A program made the position numbers and the translations under genes. 64,000 bases of DNA, taken from the NCBI GenBank assembly GCA_036172245.1, contig JAYWIR010000002.1, positions 7,130,001 to 7,194,000 of the forward strand, written 5' to 3'. Below are positions 13,400 through 25,544 of this stretch, piece by piece (position 1 is the stretch's first letter; each line of letters opens with the position of its first letter). The notes beneath the pieces are model-generated. The model saw only the letters and a list, made by a program, of their open reading frames with translations. It was not told the origin of the DNA and made no database searches. The DNA comes from Raillietiella orientalis. Its lineage: Eukaryota.

Positions 13400-14570
13400 A
13401 AAACAAAAGCAAAACAAAAAAAAAGGCAAGCACACAAAAGAAGGGAGGGGAAATTTAAAACGGGGAGGAGAGGGGATCATCGTCCGCTTCGCGGAGTCCT
13501 CTGCAACCTGTCCAGGATGCTGGCAAGTCCCATCCGTATAACGCCCAGGGGGAACCATCTCGAGGCGATCCTCAGGAATATCCGCACCTAGTGAATGGCG
13601 TCCCTGCCATTTCGGCCCTCTTCTTCTAAAGTTTCAGGCTGCCGCCGTGACCCCGCGAAGACGGCAGAGAAGTGCGAGGGAAGCGGCAGTGCGGCCCCGA
13701 GCGCGAAGAGGCGTCTGACAATGTCCCTGGGGTCGCTGGCCGGGATTCCTAGGATCGTAGCGAGTCGATCCCAGAGGGGCCGTAGGGCAGCAGAGTCCAA
13801 CAACTGGCGCAGGAGGGTCTCCTTCTTCCCGCATCTGCCGCACTGAGCGTCCACGCCCCCTCTTCCCCCCGTGCCCAGTGGTGAAGGCGCGCTTTGCAGC
13901 GACGGCTCCTGCCACTTTAGGGGGGAGGGTAGCATCGTTCCAGCATGTTGGGAGCCATTTCACCTTCTCTGGAGGGATGAAGAGCAGCTCTCCCCAGCAT
14001 AGAAGCCCTTGGGGTGGGACACTCGGGGCCGCAGCGTCCGTCATTTCCTGAGTTGTCCACGTCCCCAATACTTCTTTGCTGCTACGCAGCAAGTGTCTTC
14101 CCACCTTGCCTAGGATGACGGGAATCCTTTCGAGTTCTTCGGTTTCGCTGCCTTCCTTCCAGTTTGTTTGTTTTTTTCGGGTTTTTTCTTTCTGTCTCAG
14201 GAACTTCAAGAACCGTCATCTGCCTTGGGGCTCATGCAGCTCTTTCAATTCGGTCCACGCCACCCGAGGGTGTGTGTTGACTCTTCAAGTCGGAAGGTAC
14301 CCTGGGAAAGGACCACCCTATGAATCCAGGAAGGGTTTCGGAGGAAGGAGTCTTTTCCTCTTGCACTTGGGAGGAAACCACGAAAGGGACCATCTCTTGT
14401 TCTCTCATGGGGGAAAATCGGTGGAAAGGATCGTTTCTTCTCCAAAGAGAACCCGAAAGAAATCCTCTCCCGGAATTTCTTCTACGAAGGGTACCCGCAA
14501 GAAACCAGCTCCTCGTTTCCTCCTCCTCTGGAGAGAACCCCGGAGAGATGCTTTCCAGTTTCCCTGAGGG
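13400..14570 (-). mobile_element. Family A internally deleted copy (5'/ORF1 part fused to the ORF2 3' part)
   Basis: 14570-14200 matches 34290-34026 plus 31320-31200. 14200-13500 matches the ORF2 C-terminus (CGRCGKKETLLRQLLDSAALRPLW). Confidence 0.75.
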
Positions 14571-14589
14571 GCGAATTTCTGAAGGGCAA

Positions 14590-16885
14590 TTTCCGTTTTC
14601 TGGCGCGAGTGGAACTCACGCCTGGACGGCAAGAAGAACATACCCTGAAGTGCGAATGGCTGACTGAAGCGGGCGTGCGCAAAGCTCATGTGGTGGCAGG
14701 TGACTTTAATGTACGCCTGGTGACAGGTGAGCCGGACACAGAAGGAGACCTGGTTAACGAGGTGTGCTCAGTGATGCACACACGCAACTTGTTGGCCGGG
14801 GAATTGGGAATGCAGACCAGCATCAACCATGTCTTCCTTGATCAGCTCCTGGGGCAGTCACAAGGCTTTCGACTGCGTCGACCAGGAGTTTCTTCTGGAG
14901 CTGCTGGAACGCTTGGGCTTTTTGGCCGCATTATCGGCCTATCTGCGCTCCAGCTGGTGCCACGCGTTCATCAACATCTCTTTCAGCGGTCAGACGGTGC
15001 ACCAAGGTGCTAATGTGACGCAGCATAAGGCAGGGTGACAGCATGAACCTCCTGTTCTTTAGTACCTATTTCGAATTGGTTCTGGGAGCGTACAGGGAGA
15101 CTTTGGTTCTCCAGCCGCGCGTATGTCCCGGCACGTCTGCCGTCTCAGCATACGCGGACGATCTTCTGCTGCTTCTCCCCATGTCCACCCGGGCATGTGC
15201 ACTAGACGGTTTCTTCGAGCTGCTGAGCCGCGGGATGGGTCTGTTGGTGAACAGGGCGAAGTCGTCCGTGGTTCCAGTTGGTGAGGCGTGGACAGGTCTG
15301 CCGGACTGGATCCGCCTGGGGATCCCTACGGGCCGGTACTTTAAGTACCTGGACGTTCCGTTGGGAGACTTCTGCTCCTTAGAAGCCTGGTCCGGCCAGC
15401 TTCAGAAAGCCCTGCAGGTGCTCGGCCCGTTCCAAAGAGGCAGGTTTTACTTGCCGGAACGGGCCGCAGTGTGGAACGCCTTCGTGGCCCCACTCCTGCG
15501 CCTCCTGTCATGCAGCATTAGGAAGCGGACAAAGGACCTCCTCTGGATCGTCCTTTGGGGCAGATGCAGGTCCAGAGTCTGCCTAAAGGACTTGTGCGCT
15601 CTGCGCAGGAACCACAGCCTAGGCCTCCTGACATTGGAGCAAGTGGAGCTGCAGCTCCAGTTTCGAGCACCTCTGTATCCCCACCTGGTTCCAACCTGCA
15701 CGTCTTCTCGTACAGCAAGCCACAGGCAGCGTGGGACTCGCGTCCTTCCTTGCCCACCGCCCACGCAGTCTCATCCACGGCGGACTGCACCTGCGGCAGG
15801 TGGCCACTGGCGAGGAAAAACGGATGGATTTCGTGCCGCCTCGCGAACGGTAGTGCCTAGTTGCAGGGAACCGTGCGCACGTGGGCGAGGATCCAGGAGC
15901 CAAGCGCGGAACGTTTCCTGTACGCGTGTAACAACAGCTGCACGCTCCGGGAGATCCTGGAAGATCCTGCGAAAAGTGCATGGGCAAGCAGAACCACCCT
16001 CGCTGCCCTCCCTTAGGGAGCACATGGACAAGTAGCCTTACGGCTAGATGGGAGGTTACCGTGGAAATCTCCTGATGGAGAAGAAGACTGGGCGAGTGGA
16101 CGACGGGCCAGAACACCAATGCTGCGACCTCGAGTGCTCGACGCCGTGAAATTTTGCGCTGAGGCATGCTACTGGGTATCCCGGAGGATGACCTGCAGTG
16201 GTCCCTAGTGCTCATGAACACCCACACCCTCCCCTTGAAGCGGCAGGAGTCAGCATTGATGCTGCTGTACTGAGAAAACCCTTGCAACACCTGCTGGCAT
16301 TATTGAACACGGGGAGGGAGTGGACCCAAACTGTGCAAGGTGCGGCGAGCAAGAATCCCTCCCGCACCTTCTAGTGAACTGTGTTGCCCTCCGGCCTCTT
16401 TGGGGACGCTTTGCCGCAACCTCGGAACCCCTAGCGGCAACGCCAGGTACGTTTGAAAGCGCCTCTTCCTGTGCGACGTCCTCAAGCCGGCCGCATCCCT
16501 AGCAGCACTTTGCTGCCTACGCAGCGGGACTGTGGCTGCATGAAGCAGCGCCAGAGGAGGCCAGAACGACAGGGACGCCATCTATTTTGCAGTCCTCCTA
16601 GACGTGAATATCAAGCAAGACCTTCCCGGCATCTTTACAAGGATGCAGAGGACACCCTCCAGAACACAGTGATCGTTCCCGAACCCCCCCCCCCCCATTT
16701 TTTTGACTGTATGTTTTTTGTTTTATTTTTTTTCCCTTTTTGTTTGTCTTTCCTTCCCCTGTGCTGCCGAGGCGAACCCTGCTGACTTGCGTGCCAGATC
16801 CCGGCAGGCTCCTTATCGTAGTTATGAGTAACGTGTCAGATCAAACGTCCTGCCACAGATATGCATGTTTATTTTTTATAAATAA
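14590..16885 (+). pseudogene. Degenerate LINE ORF2 relic (family A): APE, RT and zinc-finger remnants
   Basis: VVAGDFNV (APE motif), KAFDCVDQEFLLELLERLG, AYADDLLLLL, KYL, CARCGEQESLPHLLVNCVALRPLW. Multiple stops and frameshifts, T-rich 3' UTR and AATAAA near 16880. Confidence 0.85.
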
Positions 16886-16899
16886 ACGCCCCGGCGTGA

Positions 16900-17100
16900 C
16901 CGGATGCCAACCAGTGCCGCATCCGAATACTCCAAGAGGCGTCGTCCTGCGGAATGAACTCGAAACTCATGACGCACCGTTTCTCATAGTCGATCCTCCA
17001 TGCGCATCCATCCTCTAGCCTGCAAGACTTCGTGCCACCGTAAGCACGCAACCCCAACGCGGGCCATGTTCTCATCAGCTTCCTATCAGGCACATGAAAA
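16900..17100 (-). mobile_element. Short family A 5' fragment
   Basis: tcctgcggaatgaactcgaaactcatgacg...gtcgatcctcc matches 34547-34606. Confidence 0.5.
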
Positions 17101-19789
17101 CTATTTGAGGTGTGCATCCTGGTGTTTCCTAGGAACCAAATTGGGCTTGCTCTTTGCGGCTAGTGAGTCCACTCGTCAAAGCTTTGCTGTTGCTGCTGCA
17201 GAGTTGCGAAGGGCCCGTAATTCCGGAGGCACCGCAAGACCGGGTCCACCCGCAACGCGAGAGGACCAAATCACACGTCTGACTTGTACCTGAACGTGCT
17301 GATTGCTAACTTTCTGTAGAAAATTTCATACGTTGAACCTAGTGATGTATGTACTTTATACATGCCAAATCTGAGAATCGCTGATCTAAAGAATGGGAAT
17401 GTTTTTGAATAGCGTCACATTTTCATTTCCAGTTGCTAGTGATTCTCAGAGTTGCGAGCACCGAGTGATTAAATTTCCGCAATCTCCTCCGTTCCTGAAC
17501 AGAAGAATTCTGGAATTGAAAATTCAGAAGTAATGGCAACAATGATACTGAGTCTCTAAAGAAAAAATACACGATAGCCAATTTAAAAATGAAAAAAAAA
17601 AAAAATCATTTTTTGAATCTGCTCATTTCAACATTTACATCCATCGTTCTGATATAATTTTTTTTTCTGCAGAGCAATTTCCTGCAAGTGGGACGCTAAT
17701 TTTATTAAGTATGGAAAGTGACGAGTCATTAAAAAAAAAAAAAAACTCAGACGGATCTTAGCTTAACACCCACCCATGTATGCCGGGGCATTTATGACAA
17801 ATGAAATCTTAGCGACTTGGAGAAATGGGTATTGCATCTTACCAGCATTCCATTCTTTCAAAGTCACTGAAATCTCACTTAAGGACAAGAACACAGAAAT
17901 CCCAAAAGTTTGCTCTAAGTGAAAGTGCGCTCTTGGAAAAGTCCTCAAAATCACGATGATTATAATGACGTTCTGTTTTAGCCTGGAAGTAAAGAACGAG
18001 ATGCTGATGCTCCTCAGAGATAATCCACGGTCCCCATTCCGGTTTCAAGTTCTTTTTTTTTTTTCGTCAGAGATTTTCCGGCTTGCGTTTTCGATTTTTC
18101 TTTCTCATTTGATCCCTGATCCCGAAGTAAAGGATTTCTCTCATCCTTCACGACTTTTTTTCCTACCCCCCTCCCGTTTCACTCGACGGTACCTACTTTT
18201 TGAAGATTTCTTTTCAATGAAAACCGTTACGTTGGCTAGTCGCTTACACTCCGCCTTGTGTTTCTTATGTGATGGATGCGGAATCCCATTTTTCTTCGAA
18301 ATTCTCTCTGGTTTTTTTTTTCGATTCTCCTGCTTTTTTTTGCTCTCCCTCTCTCTCTTTTATTCCTCGTCGCAGAGATCGTTTGCAGGTAATAGCGTTG
18401 ACCATCGGACATATTCACGTTTCGATTTTCCCTTTTCTTTCACTGAGAGCCCAGGACACGAATCCACGAGCAGATGCATGAGCAGATGATGCTGCGGAGG
18501 GAGAAGCCAGGAAGAGTTCCCGGTGATTGAAGCGCTTAAAAACCAATCAATACACCATCCTTATTGATTTTTAACTGATTCACGAACACGTCCTCATGGA
18601 GGAATCATTGCAAATGGAACGTGCATTCCTTGTGAAATGTAAAGAGTGGAGCTCATGGTACCCTTTTTTGTACTTATCTAGTACTTTGTTGGAGCTGGCG
18701 GGATTTCCGTACACCTCCCTCGAATTGGGCGGGTGGAAGGCGCCAGGCGTGACGTGGGAGGCACAGCTGTGCCCCAACGTGGGTCACACGGCAGGGAGAG
18801 AATGCATTTAGAATACTTGAGTAAATACAATCGGGACAGTTTTGTGAGAGTTTTCATGCATCAAAGAAAAAAAAAAACAAAAAAAAAATGATTGAACGCA
18901 AAAAGCCCTTGAATAGCCATTTTCCAAGTAAGCTTCATGGGGATGGATTCACATGCCAATAATTGCCAAGTGTTTAATTTCATTGGAAACCCAAGTATGG
19001 ATCAGATGTATGGTTTGTAGATGTACAAGTTGACCATTATGTGGGAACGTACCGAAGCGAACTCCCTGGGGCTACAGTCGTTAAACACTTTCTGCTTCAT
19101 TTATTGCTAATTATTTTTAAAAATGAGCATCATTATTAAAGCATCGCCATAATCCAATGTGTTACAAATTTCCCATTATAAATTAGTATTCGAAAATGGG
19201 TTTCACGTACCTTGTTATAGTCAATGTAAACAAACACAGTACTATGCAAACACAAAATTACTTTTCGTATTGGTATGCAAAGTCTTTTTGTGTTTCCCCC
19301 AAAAGCTTATTTAATAATTTGCAACAAGTAACACAGTGACACTGATTCACTGCTTGGACACAGAAAAACATAATTGTTTAAAGAGCTTGTTTTAATCACA
19401 AAACTGATAACGATGCTGAAAAAGTTATATGTTAAAAAAATAGAAGAGCCATTGCAAACACTGAGTGCCTTTGCTTGAAATGACCATGCTTAATCATGAA
19501 GGCTGCTGTGCAATTTTTTATTACAAAGGCATAGATAAACTATTCTCTAACAGAAAAGTTCCTTTGTATTTTATTTTTCATTCTTGCTTTCAGTGGTTGT
19601 ATCAAAAGAAATGTATCATCATTATTGTCAATTTAATTTTCCAGTTCTGTTGATACAGAAGCACAAGTATTGGAAATCATTATGGCACTGTACAAATATG
19701 ATTGCATTCATATCTGATTCTGATGTGACAAACATATCACTTGCTGAAGCTAATGAGCTTTCCAAAGTATTTCTTCATGCTCTTTACAG

Positions 19790-21871
19790 TCATACTCGTG
19801 CCAAATGTTGCAGCAGATTAGATGGCAAAATAGCTTCTCCTTTATTTTTGATATAATTGAAAGGAACTGACAGCCATGACATCACCTGGATGAATAAAAT
19901 GCAATATAAAAAATCAGCTTTAAGTATATAAAACTTGTGCTCTATCAAAATCCCATTTATCATGGTAAGTGCAAAACAAAAAAACTAACCATTTTGGCAA
20001 TAGATCCCATAGGTTCTGGATAATGATGTGTTAGGATTGCCAACAATGCAGTGATTGAACAAAGGCCTGCAGTAAACAAAATGAAAAAAGGCAATTCCTT
20101 TTTTGGATAGACACTGATTTCATGAAATGCTACAATTCATTGGAGCAATTAGCTTCGTTAATTGGAACTTACCTGGAAGCAACTCACGTTCTGCACATTC
20201 AGTACAATTCGGATATGGATAGAATAAGTGTCCCTTCTCCAAAGGATATGGTATCATGCGAAAGGTGCCTTCCCAGGTACAGTGCAGCAAATTGAGGGCT
20301 CCTTCAACCCGTTTCCAATGTTCCAGATGGAAGAAAGAATAAGCTATAGCCTCTGAGTCACCACGTTTCAGGATGTGTTCAGGTGGTAAAATGAGAGGCT
20401 TCATCTCCAGCAAATACTGGGTGCACAGTCTTATTCCTGGACAAGGACATGAGAAAGGAGTGCACAAAAGCTTACTTTTGGGACATGAGGGTTGAACTCT
20501 ACAGCCCGATGGATAGCTTCAACTGCTAGAATCTCTGGAGCACTAAGCCCCTTGCGACTTGCCAGATCAGGTGAGAAGTGATCTGCTGCTGCACGTGCTT
20601 TAAGCAGTGCTGCTGTATAGCAAATGGTGGCTGATTTAGGCAGGGTAATTTCATCGTACTTTGCAAGAACAGCTTGCACATCTGCATAAGCCTGAGTCTC
20701 CAGCAATGCCTCAATCAAGTTTTCATGGATATTTAATACTGACATAATAGGAGACACCTCTTTGGTCAGCTGTGTGGAATAATAAGAACATATCTTATAA
20801 GTAAAGTTCTACTTACATCACGAAATATCTTAATAGCTTCTTTGAGCTTTCCCAATCTTCGAGCACACATACCTAGTCTCCTCTTGATGTACACTAAGAC
20901 ATTGCTGTCTCTTTCTAGAATATTGATATGCTTAAGTCAAAGTCAAAGTTACACTTTACTGAATAAAGCTTCCATTTTTGGTCCCTGATGTTGGCACTGC
21001 TGGCTGCGACGGTAGTTGCTCTCAGCTATCTTTAGAGCCTGTCGAAACAATTTTTCTGATTCAACAATAGTTCTTGCTTCCTCCTCAGCAAGAAGAATAT
21101 ATGCTGTAGCACAGTCTGGACTGATCTCCAGTGCCTGGTGAGATGCTTTAATGCGGGCTTGAGGACTACGCTCACGCCATGCTGTTTGCATAACTAAAAC
21201 ACCACTGACACGTATTGAGCCAGGTAACTGCAATCAACCCACTTTCATATTCAGCCTTTTCTGCATCTGCTTCACATGTAAAATAGGTCTGATGATCTTG
21301 GGCTGACAAATTCATATCGTAATAAGTAAGCGGCTCCTTTTTGGTCGCCCAATAAAATCGCTGGTATTCTGACCCACGAAATAGGTTTAAAGGATTCCTC
21401 CATACTTTACATTCTAAAAGCATCACACGAAATTATTCTCATGGGAAAATCAAATCCATGTATTTCAAATAATGAAAGGTGGAAAAGCAGAAAAAGTAAG
21501 CACCTGCAATATTTGGATTGTTGTGAGCATGATTATGACTGATGTTATTATGGGAGAGACTTGCTCCATTACTTTCATTATTGGAGTCCATGCTACCAAA
21601 CCATGGGCCAATGTGGTTAACTGATATCTGCTCAATAAACGAGGTACCATATTTTTTAAAATACCACCATTCAAACACCTGAGGCGATTGCATTATAAAC
21701 ATGATCATTATGGGCATGTTAATCACCAGTATAAGCCCTGATATGAGTGATGAAGTTCCAGTTAAGGCAACATAAAACTTTGGAGTTAGAGTATTCAAAA
21801 ATACTGCAGCTAAGATACCAATCAACCCTCTAATTTAAAACCGAAAACCATGCATACTTACAGTCCCACAT
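19790..21871 (-). CDS. ST7: Suppressor of tumorigenicity 7 homologue, 10 exons: 21871-21862, 21809-21727, 21678-21504, 21413-21243, 21193-20960, 20914-20817, 20769-20476, 20416-20173, 20129-19990, 19885-19790; 514 aa
   Basis: Highly conserved ST7 blocks [126 protein letters not shown]-terminal NLLQHLARV*. Nine GT-AG introns (52,48,90,49,45,47,59,43,104 nt) give an uninterrupted 1545-nt frame. Confidence 0.97.
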
Positions 21872-22229
21872 TATCTCCTTAGGCTGAAGGTTCGCTACCC
21901 ACTTACAACATTTCTATGCATTATGCTTCCATTGGCTGCACTGAGTGGCGCATGATTGTTTTTGTTAAATTAGTAATTACATTCTAGTGAATAAAATTAT
22001 ACATTTCACCCTATAAAATGAAAAATCGCAGATGTCAATAACGGTACATGATTAAAAATGCAAGCACAATCCATCACCCAAAGACACAGTGATTACTAAT
22101 CCTGGTACCACCAGATGGGTAAACGTGCACCCAGCACACTTGGACTGGCACGTGAAGGAATGCTTTCCTCATTTGCAGAGTACATTTGCATCATTCCACC
22201 CAAAGTAACTGAAAGTCACCTACAATACT

Positions 22230-22900
22230 GAATCGTGGGGCACCCACACAACGTTTCACTGCAAAACCCTGGTGTTTCCAGTCGTACAACGAGTCGCCGC
22301 TCTCTCTGTCCATCCTCTGAGATCTCGACGGCCACAGATGAATGCAGCGAGGACACATCGAAAGTGCACCGGAAACACCGGGGATGCTGCTGCAACACTC
22401 TCGCGGCCCTTTGTACTCTCCCTCGCGCTCTTCGCGTTACGCAAACCCCCGCACGTACGCGGCGTTCCCCGTGCTGCTGAGCCCCTCTTGCATCAACCCT
22501 CTTTGTGTAATCGACATGGCTGGGTTTCGGGGTCGCGTCCTCTGCCTGGGAGGGAAAACAAAGCCTGTTTGAAGGGCTCTCTCGTCGGGGCAATATCGGA
22601 TCTTTGCTTCTTCCCCTCTCCCCCCCCCCCCCCACCCGCGTGTCGTCGACTCATTTTTTCCGTCTTCGTTTCCAGGAACCACGCGCTCGTTCCCATCTTC
22701 AGCATGGACCAGCGACCACACGACACCGAGGAGATGGGACTTGGACAACCTCAGGCACAAGAAATCATGCAACGTGGGTCGGTTGACCCTTGGACTGCGT
22801 GCGGTGATAACGTGCATCGAGGTCAGACTTCGTGGGGAGCTGAAATCTTCGTCGAGAAGCAGCGAAACTGCAGGTTTCTGGGCAGTGGAGATCGCGGAGG
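22230..22900. promoter_or_regulatory. CpG-rich island upstream of ST7 (putative promoter/5' UTR exon)
   Basis: Abrupt switch from the CpG-poor ST7 body to CpG-rich sequence about 350 bp upstream of the ATG. Confidence 0.5.
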
Positions 22901-25544
22901 GCTGCCTGCCGTGTGGGGCCCAGGTCCTGGTTTTCATTACATTTGTTTACCTGTTTCGAAGCACGCATTCCAAGTTTGCCCGCCTCCAGCAAACAAAACG
23001 AGCGAAGAAGAACGAAAGACCACAGGGAGAGGGAAGTCAGAAATGAGAGCTCCAAAGCTCTTCGGTGATGCTCGGACCATACGAGGTCAATACTAGGTTG
23101 GTAGACACAGTTCGGGATGAAGTAAAAACACCCTACGAAGATTTCAAAAACGTCGTTCAAGTCGAAATTCAACGAACAGGTGCAACACAACGGATGCGAT
23201 TTTGTTTGTTTGTTCCTTCCTTTTTTAAAAAACGAGCTACGTATGGAACTGCTAAAAAAAAAACATATGGAGGAACATGAACAAGGGTGGTTGACAGTGA
23301 CAGTGGTTGTGGTAGGAAAAGTGATTGTGATGAAGAAGGATCCAAAAATTCCTCGCATTAGTCTCCGTGGCCATGGTGGCCATAGCTCCAACCACAAAAT
23401 CCAATTTCGATGATGGAAGCACACAAAATCAGTAGATTCTAAAAATGTTGTCGCGTGTCGTAGAATGATTTGTTTCCAGTGGGCTGTCATTCTAAATGTA
23501 AATCGAATGCTCAGAGAGAGTCGGATTTTGCTCGGCTCCTGCAATCTAAGTTTCAACTGTTGAGAAATAATAGCAGTGCTAATCCATTAGCAGTAATGCC
23601 ATTTTCAGAATGTAAAGGAAAAAACTTTCCCATTTCATGAAGAAAAAAAAGCACTTTTTTTCGCTGTCATGGGTCATTCATTCTTTGAGATCACTTTTGC
23701 TTAGAATTTTTTTTTATTTTTTATTGCAGCCAATTTACCAATTTTCATTATAAAAGTGAAGAACGGTAAACATGAAACTGTCTCAGTTAATTGATGAGGG
23801 TCCAACTATGAGGATAATATTGATAATGTTTATCATATCCTAATCCTGGTTTCTGTTTTTTGAAGACTTAATGTGGCATCCTGCCTTTGTCATCATAATT
23901 CTCATTCAAGTGATGACTGATAACTGCCACATGAAACAACCCTGAATGTTATCAATCTGTAAGGCGATTGCAAGTTGAAAATTTGTCTCTGTATGTCACA
24001 ATTATATGCTCTTCTAGTTCTCTTGTTCCTATTGTACACTTCTCTATTAGATCATTTTCTCTAATGTCTATTTTACTTTTTCCTATATTCCTATCTATTT
24101 CCTTTTTTCTCGTGACCGCGAAGTGAATTGTTTTCTACGTACTGTAATGTGCCGGGGGCATTCTTTTTTCCACTTACGCTTCATAATATCTGTGACTTCC
24201 AACTCCATTCTCTACTTAATCTATGAAACTCCGCTACTTCCGTCGCTCATCATGCTTGACTCCACTACTTGGATTTATACGTGGAATGTGAATATATGAA
24301 TAAACTCTTTTATTTGGAATCCAATTGAAACTGGTACCTTCAAAAACAGCACCTGTGACAAAACAAAAAGCAAAAAAAAACTTTCCAGAGATCATCGCAA
24401 GACCGATCATTTTTATCCTTTTTGAACTGCCCTCGCATCGTGGGTGCACAGGTCTATGCTCGCGTATAGCGAAGCAACCTTCTTCGGGAATACCTCTTTC
24501 TGCCTCGTCTTGGCGACTCCGGTGTTCTTGAAGACACTTAATTCATTGGAGCCATCAGCAAACGATTCGCTTCAGATCCATGAATCACTGGTGACATCGA
24601 AAAACCGAAAGAAAAGGAAAGGGATGAGAAAAACCGGCACAGTAAAACGAAGAATCCTAAGAAAAGAAAGAAAGAGAATACAAAAGTAATAAGGAAAAAA
24701 GGAATGAAGAGAGGCAGCACAAAAAAGTATATAAGATGGAGAGTTTTGCACTGTGGCTACACTGACTCCTCATTTGACGGATCACCGGCTTGTCCTTAAG
24801 GAAGCCGGAAAGCATTGGCGGTCGCTGCCCCATGCTGCTGCTCCTTGTCCGCTTGGCCTCGGGAGGCTGGAATCGTTTACTAGCTTGAACTCACACCCAG
24901 ATGGACCCAGGGAGGAGGGCACCTGGAACTAGGTAAACTCTGCTGCTGGGCTGAGGTTCGTCTCCGTTGAAGCTTTCATTGGATCATCTCTCATTAAACA
25001 TTGAGTCCTCGTATCTTGTCATTGCTGAGCGTGAGTAGGTGTCTGTCTCATGCTGTATGAAGTCTCCTGCTTGCAGAGGCAGTGAAGGCAGCATCCCAAG
25101 AGAGCATCTTCATCTCAGGTCTCCAGACTCCGACAGGCATGCCGGCTCGCTCTCCCTTCTCCCCCCTAACTTTCGCTACCAGTTTCCCTCTCCCCTGGAG
25201 CTGTCGAAGCTGGGAGCATGTGCATTCTCTCGCATCTATGGTATTGAGGTGCAAGGTCCATCCAGTAGCTATGGGAGTCAGCCTTATGAGAGCAGGCAGA
25301 AGATGCACGTGACCAGATTTTCTTCCGTCGCAGCGACAAAAATGGATGGCCAAGCGCTTGACGGAAGGGATGCGAAGTCACCCAGTTGACCCGGGGCGTT
25401 TTATTTTCGCAACAAAATACAAAAAAGTAGCAGTCGGACTCTCGGTCCAGCCAACGGCCAAGAAACCGGGAATTTGCCGAGATTCCAGCATGCATACAGC
25501 GGAGGTTCGCCTCGGCAAAAGAAGGGGAGGGGAGGAAGAGACTG

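Noticed and set aside
15043..16035. 330-aa RT ORF as an active gene
   Set aside because: Truncated, with surrounding frameshifts and stops. It is a LINE relic.
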